Under the pieces are notes generated by a model. That model made no database searches. It saw nothing but the letters and a program-made list of their open reading frames with translations, and was not told the DNA's origin. Positions 13,701-26,817 of a DNA stretch of 64,000 bases are shown here, one piece after another (within the stretch, counting starts at the first letter, position 1; each line of letters opens with the position of its first letter). The stretch lies in NCBI GenBank assembly GCA_030704615.1, contig CM060731.1, positions 30,628,001-30,692,000 of the forward strand, given 5' to 3'. Origin of the DNA: Takakia lepidozioides (lineage: Eukaryota > Plantae > Bryophyta). The position numbers were made by a program, and so were the translations under genes.

Positions 13701-14209
13701 CAACCTGGCAGCTTCAGCTTGCCATGGCGCAACCGTGGCAGTCTGGACCCTCAAATCCGAGGATCCCTCTGCCACTAACTCCGCAGAAGATGAAGTGACA
13801 TTCCCACTCTCACAGAGTGTTGCTGCTAGTCTGAACACTGCAACTGGTCTTACCCCCGGCGTCGCAATCATGGTTGCCAAGAATAGTGGGGCCTGACACA
13901 CAGAGGTGGCCGCCCCTAACAACATACTGGCTGCACTAGCCTTGGCAGCAGGTGTCAGTGCTACACTTGTAGCTCTCCCCAATGGCACAATAACGGCCTC
14001 TGCTTCGGTATCCGTCGGACGAGAACTAGAAAGATGTCATGGATGTCGTCGACATTGTCTCCGCCAAGATGAATGATTGAGGCAACCTAGCTTGACGGGT
14101 TGCCTCCCCAGGCTGTGGATCCAACTCCACCTCTGCACCTCGTGGCTCAAGAACTTGTGCTGTTCCTCGACTGACAGCTGCAGCAGACTCCACCTACACT
14201 AGTGGTAGT
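10732..14209 (-). mobile_element. Family A copy A2, middle part: gag C-terminus, protease, DNMT, RT, RNaseH start (degenerate)
   Basis: LLDSGAQPLMLG protease (ORF 13455-13988), DNMT motifs, [20 protein letters not shown], RNaseH LHTDWS. Colinear with ~31450-35250 apart from deletions. Confidence 0.93.
11913..12855 (-). pseudogene. DNMT3-like C5 cytosine methyltransferase domain, copy A2
   Basis: LLDLFGGINTG (motif I), GWPCQG (IV), ILENV (VI), DAAAVGSRAHRPQLWWTN (VIII); premature stops. Confidence 0.9.
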
Positions 14210-15153
14210 TGTCGCGCGGCTTTTACTCACCCATCCCTTCGCTATCCGAGGCGGAAACTCCAAGATAGAAGAGTTGGAAATCTCTAAGTACTCAGCCCGC
14301 TCAGAACAATCAGTCATGACCTACAGCTAGTGTATCATGGGGGTGTTTCCTATTTGTTTTCCTTCCCGCATTCATGTTAGCTAGTTACCTTACTGTTGGT
14401 AATTAAGTATCAGTTTGCTTCATCAATCTATCGGATTCCATCAACTCATCCATTCATTCCACAGCTTCACTCAGATCTCTCTACACAGTGTGAGTATGAA
14501 GTGTGTATCAGATTAATATCTATCAAGTATCAGGCTGAAGCCATGGTGTCTCTAATTTGCTCTACATTACAATTCTACTGCCTGCATTCATTAAGCATCA
14601 ACAGATCCTCCTCCTACTCCGTGCTCTCCCTCTTTCTACTCAAAGATACGCTCTCTCCTCATTTCCCCCAGTGATGTCCGAAGTTCCTCCAAGAAGTGAT
14701 TCCCCCAGAAGTGATCCAAGAATCAATCTTTTTCCAGTCCTTGCTCCTGGCTTTATCTTCCTACCCGTTGTTCTAACCGTTTCCCTCACTAACCGTCATC
14801 CGTGAACTAACATGTTCCATTCGCAGATGTTGTTCCCCACAGTCGTTCCCTGTCCTGCTATCCGTTCCCTATGGTCGTGACAGCTGTGTCAAGCTTTGAC
14901 TAGCTGTACGACTGTGTTGGACTGTGTCAACTGTGTCAAGCTGTGACTAGCTGTGTTGGCTGTGTCGGCTCTGTCGGACTGTGACGGGCTGTGTTGGCTG
15001 TGACGAGCTGTGTTGGCTGTGACGGGCTGTGTAACCCCCCCTAAAGTGCGCTGCTGTCACCCCTAAGGCTCCTGTTGGTCTCAGTCTATGCAAAAATTAA
15101 GGGTACCCCACAGATCCCTTATAAGTGTCTAAGTCCCAGACAGTCCTCTAACA
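14210..15153 (-). repeat. 3' LTR of the Athila/Tat-like element (944 bp)
   Basis: TG...CA ends; preceded on the minus strand by PPT GAGAGGGGAAGGGGTAA; near-identical to 23941-24806 plus 26816-26890. Confidence 0.93.
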
Positions 15154-15743
15154 TTACCCCTTCCCCTCTCAAAAAGCCGTGTCCTCACGGTTTACTGATT
15201 GGGATTAGCAAACCTTTGTGAGCGAGCACCTTTCTGACGTTGAGAGTTTCGTGGCGGACTGTGTGTACGAGCCCGAGGTCTGTCACTGGTTGACGGAGAT
15301 GATTGAACACTACCTGGATATGTGAGGCCCTCTGGAGGCTGATATCAAGGTAACCTTTCAGGCATAGGAGACCCCCGTCGCTTCTTCTCTGCCATCTGAA
15401 TTGCATAGTCTTCTCCCATGTCAAAAGAGTCCGCTGAAGAAACAGTTGTATCAGAATCCTCATCGCCTCTCAGGTGTTTTAATTGTCGAACTTTTTGTGG
15501 ACAATGTTGTCCTACCATGTCTGGAAGTTTAAACTTTAAAACTTGCTGTAAACGCTGAATGGCAAAATTGGTGAAGACCCTGAGCTCCTTGTCTGTCTAG
15601 GTGAGTGGGGTACCAATGACTTGTGAATTGTGCAAGTATTTCCATGCCTCATGTCCCTTATAGAAAATATCATCAATGCCAAATTTCTGTGTTGACAAAT
15701 TGTTCCAGGCCGCATGAAACCATGAACGAATTTGAGAATCCTT

Positions 15744-18713
15744 TTACATCATAACTTTTGCCTCATATAGGTACATAAGTGGTGGCACTGAAGGTAAGAC
15801 CCAATGATCCCCACTGGAATAACTCAGAAAGCGCGATTGCATCTTGTGCTGCTCAATGTGATAACGTACCAGAAAACAAGCAGCGTAGTATAGCCCGCAT
15901 CCCATGACAATACTTGCTACCTCCTTGGTCTTGGTATAAATGAATCCATGTACAATTTGGAAGGCAATTAATTCCTTCAACATGGTACCTGCCTCATGCC
16001 AGTACTGTGCAAAGTGATGATCCTCAATTGGTCGATTGTTCGGAAGAACTTTAGTCCTAGTTGCCACTGGCAGCCAAATGCGCATGATTTGATAGTAATG
16101 TGCCAATGACTGCGGAGGACTAAATTCTTTCCAAGCCAAATCTAACATAATGGGAATTTGGTTGAAGGGCATAATCATAGCCCTACTGTACTCCCTTGCA
16201 GCTGGAGTTTTAGGTGGGTTAAAAGCAGCATTCCCCCATACCTCAGGCTGTGGTGGCTGTGGTGTGGCTGTAGTAACAACAGGGTCAGCTACTGGCACAG
16301 TGACTTGTTGTGGTGTTGGTGGCATTGGCTCTTGTATCATTGGCATCTCCTGCACCTCCTGTGAAGAAGACTGAAAAGCCAAAGTTCTGGCTTGTAAATA
16401 AGAAGCCATTAGCTGTTCCTCAGGTATATAGACTCTTTTGTCGATATTTGAAGTGAGATCCTCCACTTGAGTCTGCAGGCCGTCTACATCCTCCTGTAAC
16501 TCCGCTATCCTACTATAGACATTGTCTATAGTAGTTATGGCAATGTTCTGCACTTACAGCCTGAGCTCATTCATCTCGCTTTGGGTGAGTTTTCGTGGTG
16601 CTTTGCCCTCCACTGACCCTTGTGCTAACCAGACCTGCATAAGGTGGTTATCCACCCAGTTGCTTGTGGTTCCTCTGAGAGTGTGCTCCTCTCTGAGTTT
16701 GTACACATCTAACTGCTGTTGTAAAGCCTCCATGTGCTTCGCATGAGGTTCAACCAAATTCGCATAGGCAGCAAGCAGATTATTGGCTTCCTTCCAAGCC
16801 TTGTTAGTGACCGAGATTTCATTTCTATTGGCCATGACCGTTTGTTGCAACTCCAGGATGTGCCTCTCTTGGTCAGCTTCAACCTGCCTGTATTGCTTGA
16901 AAGTATCCTCATTGCGACAGATTGTATTCTTCATATCGACAATGAGTTTCATTTGCTCAACATTCTCTTCCTCTGCCTTCGTACATTTTTCCGCTTGACT
17001 GTTTATTTCTTTTGTAGATTGGTCAAGCATAGTTGTGAGTGTAGCACATTGTATGGCCATCCTGTCATGCACTGTCTGCAACTCCATATGTAGTGCATTC
17101 ACTTCTTGTAACTTGCTTTCATGCTTCACCTGCATTTGGTATAGTTGTTGCTTATGTGCTTCGTGCAAGTGGTCTTGTGCGAGGCATGCCTCAATCAATT
17201 GTTCCTTGGCCAATTGCAAAGCCGCTTCTTTACTCTCCAAGTCTTGCTGCATCTTGAGAGTCACCTCTTCATCGACCTTGTTTGCACACTCTGTGGCAAG
17301 TTGAGCCTCAAACTCTTTCTTGAGTTCCTCCCTCAAAGCTGCCAATTGAGTAGTGGGAACATGGGATTTGACATAAGTACCCAACAAATTCAGTGTCCTG
17401 TTTATGGAACTCATAAGCATAGCCTGTTGAGGGTCATCTTGGTGAGCTTGCTGCTGTTCTCCCTGATCCGCAACAATGTGATGCCTTACGAACCATTCAA
17501 GCCATTGCCCCACCAGATTTTCTTCCTGAACCACTTCATTCGTCACCGGTGCTGCAGTGTTTTGACATTCTACCTGTGGTACCTCCGTCACAGGTGTGTG
17601 TATTATATGCACCGCAAGGTTTCCCTTGGACAACCGTTGCACCTCCGGAATCACTGTGTCCTTGACCATACCAGAATATTCATAGAGAAGGTCCCCCTTC
17701 TCAATTTCTGCCACCACCTGTTCTGGAGTGGGAATATCTAACCCTTCTTTTTCTAAATCAATTATTTCTGGTTGATCTGCATGGATAACTTGTGGTAACT
17801 TTGTGACAAGCCGATCCTCTGGCTGTGATGGCTGTGAACTGAAGTAACTTCCTCTTCCCTCTCTGAAGGTCCTGCTTCCAGTAATAGCAGTTCTCTGTGC
17901 TGCTGTGCCCCTTCCTGCACAAAAACTTGGGAAACATTATCATGCGGATTCCGTGAAGCCAGTGGATCCGCCACTACAGTCTTTCCCCGCCTCTGTCTCT
18001 TATTCTCGGGTTGCCCTGCCAGTCCACCCTCACTGTGTGAAGAGCCTTGCTCTTCCATTGCAGTGGTTTCTGGCTCAAACACTCCCATTTCCTTTCTTTC
18101 TCGCGCATCAAGTATGCCAGAATCAAGAATTATTTGAGCAATGATTGGGCCAGACACTATGATAGGAGACTTTGCGGCAGTACCCTGTAATCTTTTCATC
18201 TCCTCTACCAGTGCGTTGTACATTATGTCCGCCTATTCTACCTCTTCTCCTCTCAGGGCTTTGAGTATTTCTTCTGTGAAGGATCTGCTCAAATACCTCC
18301 CTTAGCCCTGGGTACACGGCCTTGGTACAAGCATAACCCTGAGTTTTAAAGAAACTCCCTTCTTGGAATAAGTCCCCTATTTGCAGTCTTGCCCTGTGCT
18401 CCTCCACATGCACCTGGCCTGCTGGCAATCGAAACAATTGCTGTAGGTATAGGGGAGTAATTACTAATTCAACTCCCTTCACCGTTGTTGCTCCTGTCCT
18501 TGGCTCAAAGTTCTGCAAGAATTGTAACATGTATTGTCTATGGTGCAATGTCCAATCTTTGCTTTGCAATCCTTGCAATCTCAGCTCCTTCTGTATCGCC
18601 TGTGGAGTAGCAATCGTTTGTTTCTGCAGGATTGTGGTGCTCTTCACCCTGATTTCCTCCATTCCTCTCACTCTCTTTATTCTAGACCCACAGAAATGTT
18701 TTGGCTGTAACAA
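15744..18713 (-). pseudogene. Large extra 3' ORF of the Athila/Tat-like element (plant-transposon-protein-like N-terminus plus long coiled coil), broken by frameshifts and a stop
   Basis: ORFs 18123-18713 (FLQNFEPRTGATTVKGVELVITPLYLQQLFRLP), 17762-18223, 16554-17717 (Q/E/K-rich heptads) and 15744-16553 lie in series between integrase and PPT; the last two are in frame across one stop. Confidence 0.65.
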
Positions 18714-19817
18714 TTGAAGAAATGCCTACAGGGCACAAAGCATAAACGTATGGTTGCTACAAAAAACTATGGGTAATTTGTTGTAAGCCTGCGGGGCTTG
18801 CAAGCATCGATCAAGAGAAAAGATCCGCTCTGTTCTTTCGTCCCTATGCCACTGCGTAAGTAATATTGCGAGCGTATAGTCTGTTAGTTCCTCCATAGCT
18901 TCAAAGCTATAGCATTGATGGTTTGTCCCGTCGAGACGCCTGTTACTTAGAACGACGCCGACTCTTGCGCTTAAATTGCCTCCAATTTCTTGATTTCTTT
19001 TCTGGCTTTCGATTGGCTGTAACCGCTGAGACTGGATTTTAGATTTAATTTTCTTTAGTGGACATTCCTTGCTGGACTGTCCACTAGGATAACACATGTG
19101 ACAAGAATTTTGCTTTTCTGTACTTGCCGTTTGTTCTGTTGCCCCTTTTTCGTATTCATTAATGGGCCCGCCATTCATCTGAATTGACGTGCTAATTAGG
19201 TATTTTGACGGCCATTCTTGTCCTCTTTCTTGATGGCATCCGTTCTTGCACTTCCTTCTTAGCTATGTGTTGCGCCCTGACTTCCACATGTTCTTTTCTG
19301 AACTGACTTCCGTCCTTTCTTCCGCCGGCCATTTCCCTGAAGTTATCCTGCGTCCACCTGTCACTGATTCTATGGATTGTGTAACCCTAGTAGGCTGTGT
19401 TGAGCTGTGACAGGCTGTGTTATACTGTGGTACGCCGTGATACGCTGTGTTGTACTGTGGTAAGCTGTGATAGGTTGTGACACGCTGTGGTAGGTTGTGA
19501 TAGGCTGTATTGGTCCGTGCTGGGCTGTGATATGCTGTGTCGTACCGTGATGGGCTGTGATAGGCTGTGTCACGCTTGTTCTGCCCGCCCTGGTCATATA
19601 TGCTCGGCCTAGCGACAAGTGCTCCATACTCCGTTGGTATCACTGGTGCAGCCCGTGACTGCTTTTGCGTTTCAACATGCAAATCATGCTGCAATGGTTT
19701 GTCATGGATACCACTATACCCCTTCAACTTATTAGCATTGACTCTTCCCAGCATCTCTTTGTTAATGGTTTGTAACATGACGGTGTTGTTATCATACATC
19801 TTTTGTATGACATAAGG

Positions 19818-22800
19818 TCATTTCCATGGTGATTTAAGCTTAGAAGCTTTAATCTTTCCTTTCTTCTGCAACCATAGAACTAAATCTCCCGTCTTAAAAG
19901 TCTTTAACTTGCCTTCATCAAACTGTTCCTTTCTCTTCATCTGAATTCTGGTCATATTATCAACTGCATCAGCACGTACTTCTTCCATATGGTGTAATTC
20001 ATGTTTCCTGACCTTCATGGAATCTTGCAATTCCATTCTCTTTCCCCATTCCGTTTTCATGGTAGGTAACAGGAATTCCACTGGAAGTAAGGCTTCCATA
20101 CCATAAACTAATTGGAATGGTGTATACTTAGTGGTGACTTTATATGAAGTCATGTATGACCACAAAGCTGTCAGCAGCTTTGTATCCCAATCCGTTCTGT
20201 TTGCATTGACTATCTTAGCCAAGATAGTACATAATATTTTGTTGGTAGCCTCTGCCTGCCCATTACCCTATGGGTAATATATTGTACTCTTCCTATGCAC
20301 AATCATGGACTCTTTAGTCAACAATTCAATGGTCTCATTAATGAAGTGACTTGCCTGATCACTGATAAATTCCAAGGGACAGCCAAATCGTGTAAGTATG
20401 TTCTCATACAGAAACTTTGCTGTGGACTTGGCCGTGTTGTCCCTCAAAGCTTTAGCTTCCACCCACTTCGTAGTATAATCAGTGGCTGTAATTATGTACC
20501 TGTTATGTGTTTTCTTGGCTGGTGGGTTAATTGATCCAACAAAGTCTAGTCCCCATTTCTGAAATGGTTCCGTAGGCATTATAGGATGCAAAGACATTTT
20601 CCCAGATCTCTGCAAAGGTCCTAGCCTCTGACATTCATCACAACTCTGACAATACTTGTGTACATCTTTGAACAAAGTAGGCCACCAGTAACCTGCGAGT
20701 AATATCTTCCTACTGGTAGTCTCTTCTCCAAAATGACCTCCTGCCACTCCTTTATGAACTTCCTCCAAAACTTTATTAACTTCATGGTGGTATAAGCATC
20801 GCTTCAGCACTCCATCTGGTCCTAGCTTATACATTCTGCTCCCTACCAAAGTGTAAGGTAGAGCCTTGATAGCAATTCTCTTTCTCTGCTCCTTTCCATA
20901 ACTTGGTGGGCACTGACCATGAGCAAGGTAGTATCTGATTGGCCACTGCCAATCTAACCAGTCATCTGCACTTCCCTGCACCTCCACTGCAAATAGACTC
21001 GCATCTGGTAATTGATCATCTACTCCTGTGGCTGGTTCTCCTGTTGATAACCGTGACAAATGATCCGCCACAAGATGCAGTCTCCCAGGCTTGTAAACAA
21101 CCTCGAACTCAAACTCGTGCAAGATTATCAACCATCTTGCTATTCTTCCGCTTATCAGATGTTTGTTTACCAGGTATATCAGAGCCTGGTGATCCACATA
21201 GAACATAAACTTCTTGCCTAGCAGGTAATGCCTGAATTTCTTCACTGCATAGATCATTGCCAATGCTTCTCTTTCCGTTGTGCTATAATTTCTTTCGGCA
21301 TTGTTCATCAATCGGCTAGCATAGTACACAGGTGAATCTATCCTTCCTGTTACATTTTGGGCTAACACTGCTCCTAGTGCTTCTCCAGAAGCATCACAGT
21401 GAACATGAAATATTTCCTGCCAGTGAGGACTAATCAGCATAGGTGTAGTTGTTACTGACAATGTAAGTTCCTCAAAAGCCTGTTGACATTCAGGTGTCCA
21501 TGCAAACACTGCATCTTTCTTCAGAAGTTTGCTCAATGGTGCTGCTATCTGTGCATACCGTCTGACAAATCTTCTGTAATAGCTGGTTTGTCCAAGGAAT
21601 CTCCTTAGACTCTTAACATTCACTGGTGGTGGAGAGGCTTTAATGGCCTCTGTCTTCCTGGGATCCACAAGAAGTCCCCTCTTACACACGATGTGTCCCA
21701 GAAGCACCCCTGAGTTCACACAGAAAGTACACTTCTCTGGATTCAGGCCCAGACCTCTCATCCTGCATCTGGCCAGACATAACTCCAATTTATGCAAGTG
21801 CTCATTCTTAGAGCTGTACACACTGAAATCATCCAAGAACACCTGCATGAAATCATCCAGATACTCATGAAAAGATTCACTTATCACTCTCTGAAATGTC
21901 GCTGGTGCATTACAAAGTCCAAAGGGCATGACTTTGTATGCATAAGCACCCCAGTCTGTGATGAAAGCTGTTTTTCCTTGGTCTTCTTCTGCCACTTGCA
22001 CTTGATTATAACCACTGAAGCCATCCATGAATGAGTACATCTCATGGCTTGCCACAGTGTCTAATACTGCTTCTGTGAATGGCAAAGGGAAAGGATCTTT
22101 CTTCGTACAAGCATTTAGCTTCTTGTAATTCACACAAACTCTTAGTTTACCATTCTTCTTAGGAACTATCACAATGGGTGACAACCAAGTTGTATACTCT
22201 ATTGGGTATATAAACTTAGCCTCAGCCAACTTCTTGATCTTTTCTCCAACCTTCTGTGCGTAGTTGGGATTCATTCTGTACCTTGCCTGCTTGATTGGTA
22301 CTGACCCCGGTTCCAGTTCAATCTTATGCTGACAGATTTCAGGTGGTATCCCTTTTAAATCCTCATAGCTCCAAGCAAATACATCTCTGTATTTGATGAA
22401 CAAACTCTTAGCTTCTTCAAAGAATTCTGGCTCCAAATCAGCTCCTACCTTCACCATCCTCGGTTCCTCTTTAGTTCCCACATTCACTTCCCTCACTTGC
22501 TCATCAGCTGTGATTGCCCAACCAGTCACCACTTCATCCTGTAAACTCACAGTAGCTGGTTCCTCTAGGATTTCCATTTCTCCTTCTTTTTCTTCATAGA
22601 AATGTGATGGGTAACTGCTGGTTTCCTCTTCAGTTGGTGTTGCTGACACTACACCACAGCAGATACCTCTTAAACAACTTAGGCTTTCCAACCGCATCTC
22701 TGCAACCTGCTCCCACTCTGGGTGTGCTGCAAACAAGGTAGCTTCCTACTCCTCATCCAGTCCTCCTCTCCAGTCATACTCTCTGACCCCTCGAGGTCTT

Positions 22801-23462
22801 CTCGTAGCAGGTAATCTACTAGATTTCTTTGTGGTAATTTGTATCTCGTGTATCCCATTATGCACGGTTAGTAACTGAGAATTCCAGTCATGGAATACCC
22901 TGGCCTGTTTCAGCCACGGACGTCCCAATAATAAGGAGTAAGCCTCCATGACTTCATCCATCTTCAACACAGTTACTATGATCATAAAGATCATCTTCTG
23001 TATCTGTATCTTAACTCCTCTTATTAATCCCAATGGCTGTACACTTCTTTGATCTGCCATTGTTACTGTAAATGGGGCTGGTTTCATATTACTTAGACCA
23101 AGCTTCTTCCTTAATTGGTCTGTCATGATATTTACTCCAGAACCTCCATCTATCAGTACATCAGTTAGTTCTGTGCTTCCAATTCTCAATTGGATTACTG
23201 GCATAGAATCATCAAAGTCCATGACTGTTTCTCGCCCTTCCGGCTTCACATTATAACTGGTCACCTTGCTGTTCAGGTCTGTGTTTCCTGTCTCCTGGGC
23301 AATTCGATTGATTGCTTGATACAGCCTGTGCCTACAATAAGGTGCCACAGTCAATAGCTGTCCAATGGTAATCTCTGCTTTGGTCTGGCATATTACTTCA
23401 GCCAAAGTCTCTTCATTACTTTGCATGTCTGCATCTTTTTTCTTCCTTTCATCCTCACTCAC
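19818..23462 (-). CDS. Pol of the Athila/Tat-like element: protease, RT, RNaseH, integrase (interrupted by stops)
   Basis: VLIDGGSGVN (protease); YKVMPFGLCNAPATFQR and VFLDDFSVYS (RT); HCDASG..ERNYSTTEREALA (RNaseH); GGHFG..CDEC and WGLDF (integrase). In-frame stops near 22746 and 20268. Confidence 0.93.
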
Positions 23463-23944
23463 TTCTTCTTCTTGGGTCCTCGCCCTTGGTCTGCTCTTGG
23501 ATTATTTCTGTAATCCTGATTCCCGGGCTGGTAATTCCCCCTTGGATTACCCTGATAGTTGCCTCTGGAATTTCCTTGGTAATTCCCTCTTGAATTACCT
23601 CTCCTTTCCATGCCATTGTTATAACCACCACACCTACCATAGTGGTCCTGATCATTGTTTCTTTTTGGCTGGGGCTGCACCTGATGCACCCTTACTTGCC
23701 TAGGTTCTCTTGCAACTGTCCTTCTGTTGTAGTAATAATTCTCAGTAGAATGGTTATCCATTTTATAGATAGTACAGTGTTTCTCCTTCATGTGGCATTC
23801 TGTGGTGGTATGGCCTTCATTCTGGCACTTTGCACACCATACACCCTTCCTCCAATGTGTTGCAGCCTCTGTGGCATACTTCTTCAAGATTTCTTCCAAT
23901 CTTTTCTCATAGTTATCCCTCTTCAACTTCTCCTTTCTCTCAAC
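23459..23944 (-). pseudogene. Gag C-terminal part with zinc knuckles (Athila/Tat-like element)
   Basis: CAKCQNEGHTTTEC knuckle; joins the inverted N-terminal part as ...EEEEQELV|ERKEKLKRD. Confidence 0.85.
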
Positions 23945-24806
23945 ACAGCCCGTCACAATCCGACACAGCTCGTCACAGCCAACACAGCCCGTCACAGTCC
24001 GACACAGCTCGTCACAGCCAACACAGCCCGTCACAGTCCGACACAGCCGACACAGCCGACACAGCCAGTCACAGCTCGACACAGCTGACACAGTCCAACA
24101 CAGTCGCACAGCCAGTCAAAGCTTGACACAGCTGTCACGACCATAGGGAACAGATAGCAGGACAGGGAACGACTGTGGGGAACAACATCTGCGAATGGAA
24201 CATGTTAGTTCACGGATGACGGTTAGTGAGGGAAACGGTTAGAACAACGGGTAGGAAGATAAAGCCAGGAGCAAGGACTGGAAAATGATCGATTCTTGGA
24301 TCACTTCTGGGGGGAATCACTTCTTGGAGGAACTTCGGACATCACTGGGGGAAATGAGGAGAGAGCGTATCTCTGAGCAGAAAGAGGGAGAGCACGGAGT
24401 AGGAGGAGGATCTGTTGATGCTTAATGAATGCAGGCAGTAGAATTGTAATGTAGAGCAGATTAGAGACACCATGGCTTCAGCCTGATACTTGATAGATAT
24501 TAATCTAATACACACTTCATACTCACACTGTGTAGAGAGATCTGAGTGAAGCTGTGGAATGAATGGATGAGTTGATGGAATCCGATAGATTGATGAAGCA
24601 AATTGATACTTAATTACCAACAGTAAGGTAACTAGCTAACATGAATGCGGGAAGGAAAACAAATAGGAAACACCCCCATGATACACTAGCTGTAGGTCAT
24701 GACCGATTGTTCTGAGCGGGCTGAGTACTTAGAGATTTCCAACTCTTCTATCTTGGAGTTTTCGCCTCGGATAGCGAAGGGATGGGTGAGTAAAAGCCGC
24801 GCGACA
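23941..24806 (+). repeat. Major part of the 5' LTR of the Athila/Tat-like element, flipped by the inversion
   Basis: Reverse complement of 14210-~15000; ends GCGCGACA and is followed by the PBS. Confidence 0.92.
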
Positions 24807-25394
24807 TTTGGCGACCATACTGGGGAACTGGGTCATGAACAACCAGATGTGACAGGCATCTGGTGGAATGATGGTGGATGGAGAATTAAAGAATTTGATG
24901 TAAATCAAATTCCTTGTGAAACTGAGAAGGAAAGATTGTCCAAACGATTCTTCCAGAGGTTTTTGGAATTGCCAGACGGTTGTAAAGAAAACATTCTTAA
25001 GAGAGTGCATGATGCTGACACTGAGTGGGGTCTGGAGAAAGGAGTGATAAAGATTTATCAGGTGGCCTGTAGAGGAAGAGCACGTTGGTTACCAACATTG
25101 GTTTATGTGATAGCATTGCTATCCATTAAGCGAGTAGAGTTTGAAGGCTGGGAGGAAAGAAAGGTGAATGTTTATACTCATATGCATGAAGAGCTTGTAT
25201 TAGTAAAGAATTGGATTCCAAAGGATATTTTGTGGATCAAACTCACACCAAGAACAGCTTTCCAGACTTGTTTGCCATATGGTTATATGGTAACGGAGAC
25301 TTCAAGTATAGCCAAGGGTGCATTGAAGCTTGAAAGAAACCCTGGCATATACGAGAGATATTACAGAAGAGAGTTTTGGTTATTGCCACATTAA
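24699..25394 (+). CDS. Extra ORF upstream of gag in the Athila/Tat-like element, unknown function
   Basis: Open 231-codon frame crossing the LTR end and PBS and ending 22 bp before gag; the true start may lie downstream of the PBS. Confidence 0.5.
   Translation: MTDCSERAEYLEISNSSILEFSPRIAKGWVSKSRATFGDHTGELGHEQPDVTGIWWNDGGWRIKEFDVNQIPCETEKERLSKRFFQRFLELPDGCKENILKRVHDADTEWGLEKGVIKIYQVACRGRARWLPTLVYVIALLSIKRVEFEGWEERKVNVYTHMHEELVLVKNWIPKDILWIKLTPRTAFQTCLPYGYMVTETSSIAKGALKLERNPGIYERYYRREFWLLPH
24809..24826 (+). promoter_or_regulatory. Primer-binding site TGGCGACCATACTGGGGA
   Basis: Starts with TGG two bases after the LTR-terminal CA; resembles Athila/Tat-type PBS. Cognate tRNA not assigned. Confidence 0.75.
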
Positions 25395-25415
25395 AAGAAA
25401 TGAAAGACATGGGAC

Positions 25416-26817
25416 ATGAGTGATGAAAGAGAAGCTAGACGCCAGAGATATTCAGCAAAAAGAGAAAGCTATCTGAAAGCTAATTATCCATATCTTTGGG
25501 AGAGAGGAATAGACATAGGGGAATCATCTGGACCTCTCACACCATTAAGATCAAAGAGTACATCACCCATACCGGAAGAACTAGAGTTGGATGCCACTCC
25601 TTCTGTTTCTTTGCAAGAAAGATTAAGGGAATTGGTACGGGAAGAAGATCAATCACGAGGTGAAAGATCTGAGGTACATCCCTGGATAAAAGATTTGACA
25701 GAAATCTTTGATAAGAGTTGGCATGGAACACCAAAAGCAGGAACTCCAGTTTCTGAAGCGGAAGGTGAAGAAGGAGGAGAGGATGTGGCAGAGCCAACGG
25801 AGAGTTCAGACTCTCCAACACCATTGCAGTTGAGTTACATGAGTGAAGAAGAAACCCAAGGGCAGAACTTGGAGGATGAAAACAGAGAGAAGAAATTGGA
25901 AGAGGAAGAATATGAAGAAGTAGACCCAACAACTGAGGTTCAGACTACAACCAGGACATCCCAACCTGTTGGACCTGGATCAAGTGGAGCACTTGGATCA
26001 CAGGCCAACGAAGGTGTCGGCTCAGGGGATCAGGCGGGCTGCCTGGATCTGGCTCTGGGGGGACAGGGAGTGTGGGAAGTAGTGCAACTGAAGCTGGGAA
26101 TACTGTGAATATCGTGGGGCCAGAAGTAGGGAGTGCTCAAGGGCCACCACTTGGTGGAAGATCCACCACAACAACAACAGGTCCAGAAGGACCAGCACCA
26201 GCAAGGGTGCCAGCACCTGTCAGTGGGCAGAAGGTAGGGCCACAGATGGCGTTACAACCAACACGGGCAAAACCACATTTTCCAATATATTCAGGAAAAA
26301 AGGATCCCGATGTACACATTAGCCAATTTGAGCACATGTGTATAGTGAACAATGAGAATGGCGATGATGCCAAGATGAGATTGTTTCCTTGTTCACTTAT
26401 AAAGAAAGCAAGTGAATGGTATGCAAGATTCCCTGATAATCATTTCCTAACCTGGAATGGCTTGAATACAGCATTCCGAAATAGGTTCAGGACAAGTAAA
26501 ACTGAGGATGAAGTGTATGAAAGTTTACAACGGTTAAAGCAAAAGAAGCATGAAACTGTTGAGGAGTATATGGAAAAGATGGAATTGATGATGAAAAAAC
26601 TGGCTGCAGTACCAGCACCAGGTTTACAGAAGACTTGGTTTGTGAGTGGACTAAGACCAGAGTTGCAAAAGAAAGTGGATATGTTACCCCATAATACAGT
26701 GGAGGAGGCATTTGAAACTGCAAACATAATTGAGCAATTGGGAATGCTCAGGAGAGAGAAAAGGGAAGATGAGGACTCTGAGGATGAGTCAGATGAAGAA
26801 GAAGAGCAAGAACTAGT
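25416..26817 (+). pseudogene. Gag N-terminal and capsid part (Retrotrans_gag) inside the inversion; one frameshift
   Basis: YSGKKDPDVHISQFE..KMRLFPCSLIKKASEWY..LKQKKHETVEEY..WFVSGL (ORF 26072-26860), preceded by acidic ORF 25416-26108. Confidence 0.88.

Noticed and set aside
23941-24130. CRISPR-like or Cys-rich coding repeat (CVGCDELCRTVTG)
   Set aside because: Short CACAG-based minisatellite inside the LTR with no unique spacers; the peptide is an artefact of the inversion junction.
14210-24806. Giant-TIR element suggested by the ~800-bp inverted repeat 14210-15000 / 23941-24806
   Set aside because: These are the two LTRs of one retrotransposon; an internal inversion flipped most of the 5' LTR, and the GTAGT TSD lies at 26891.
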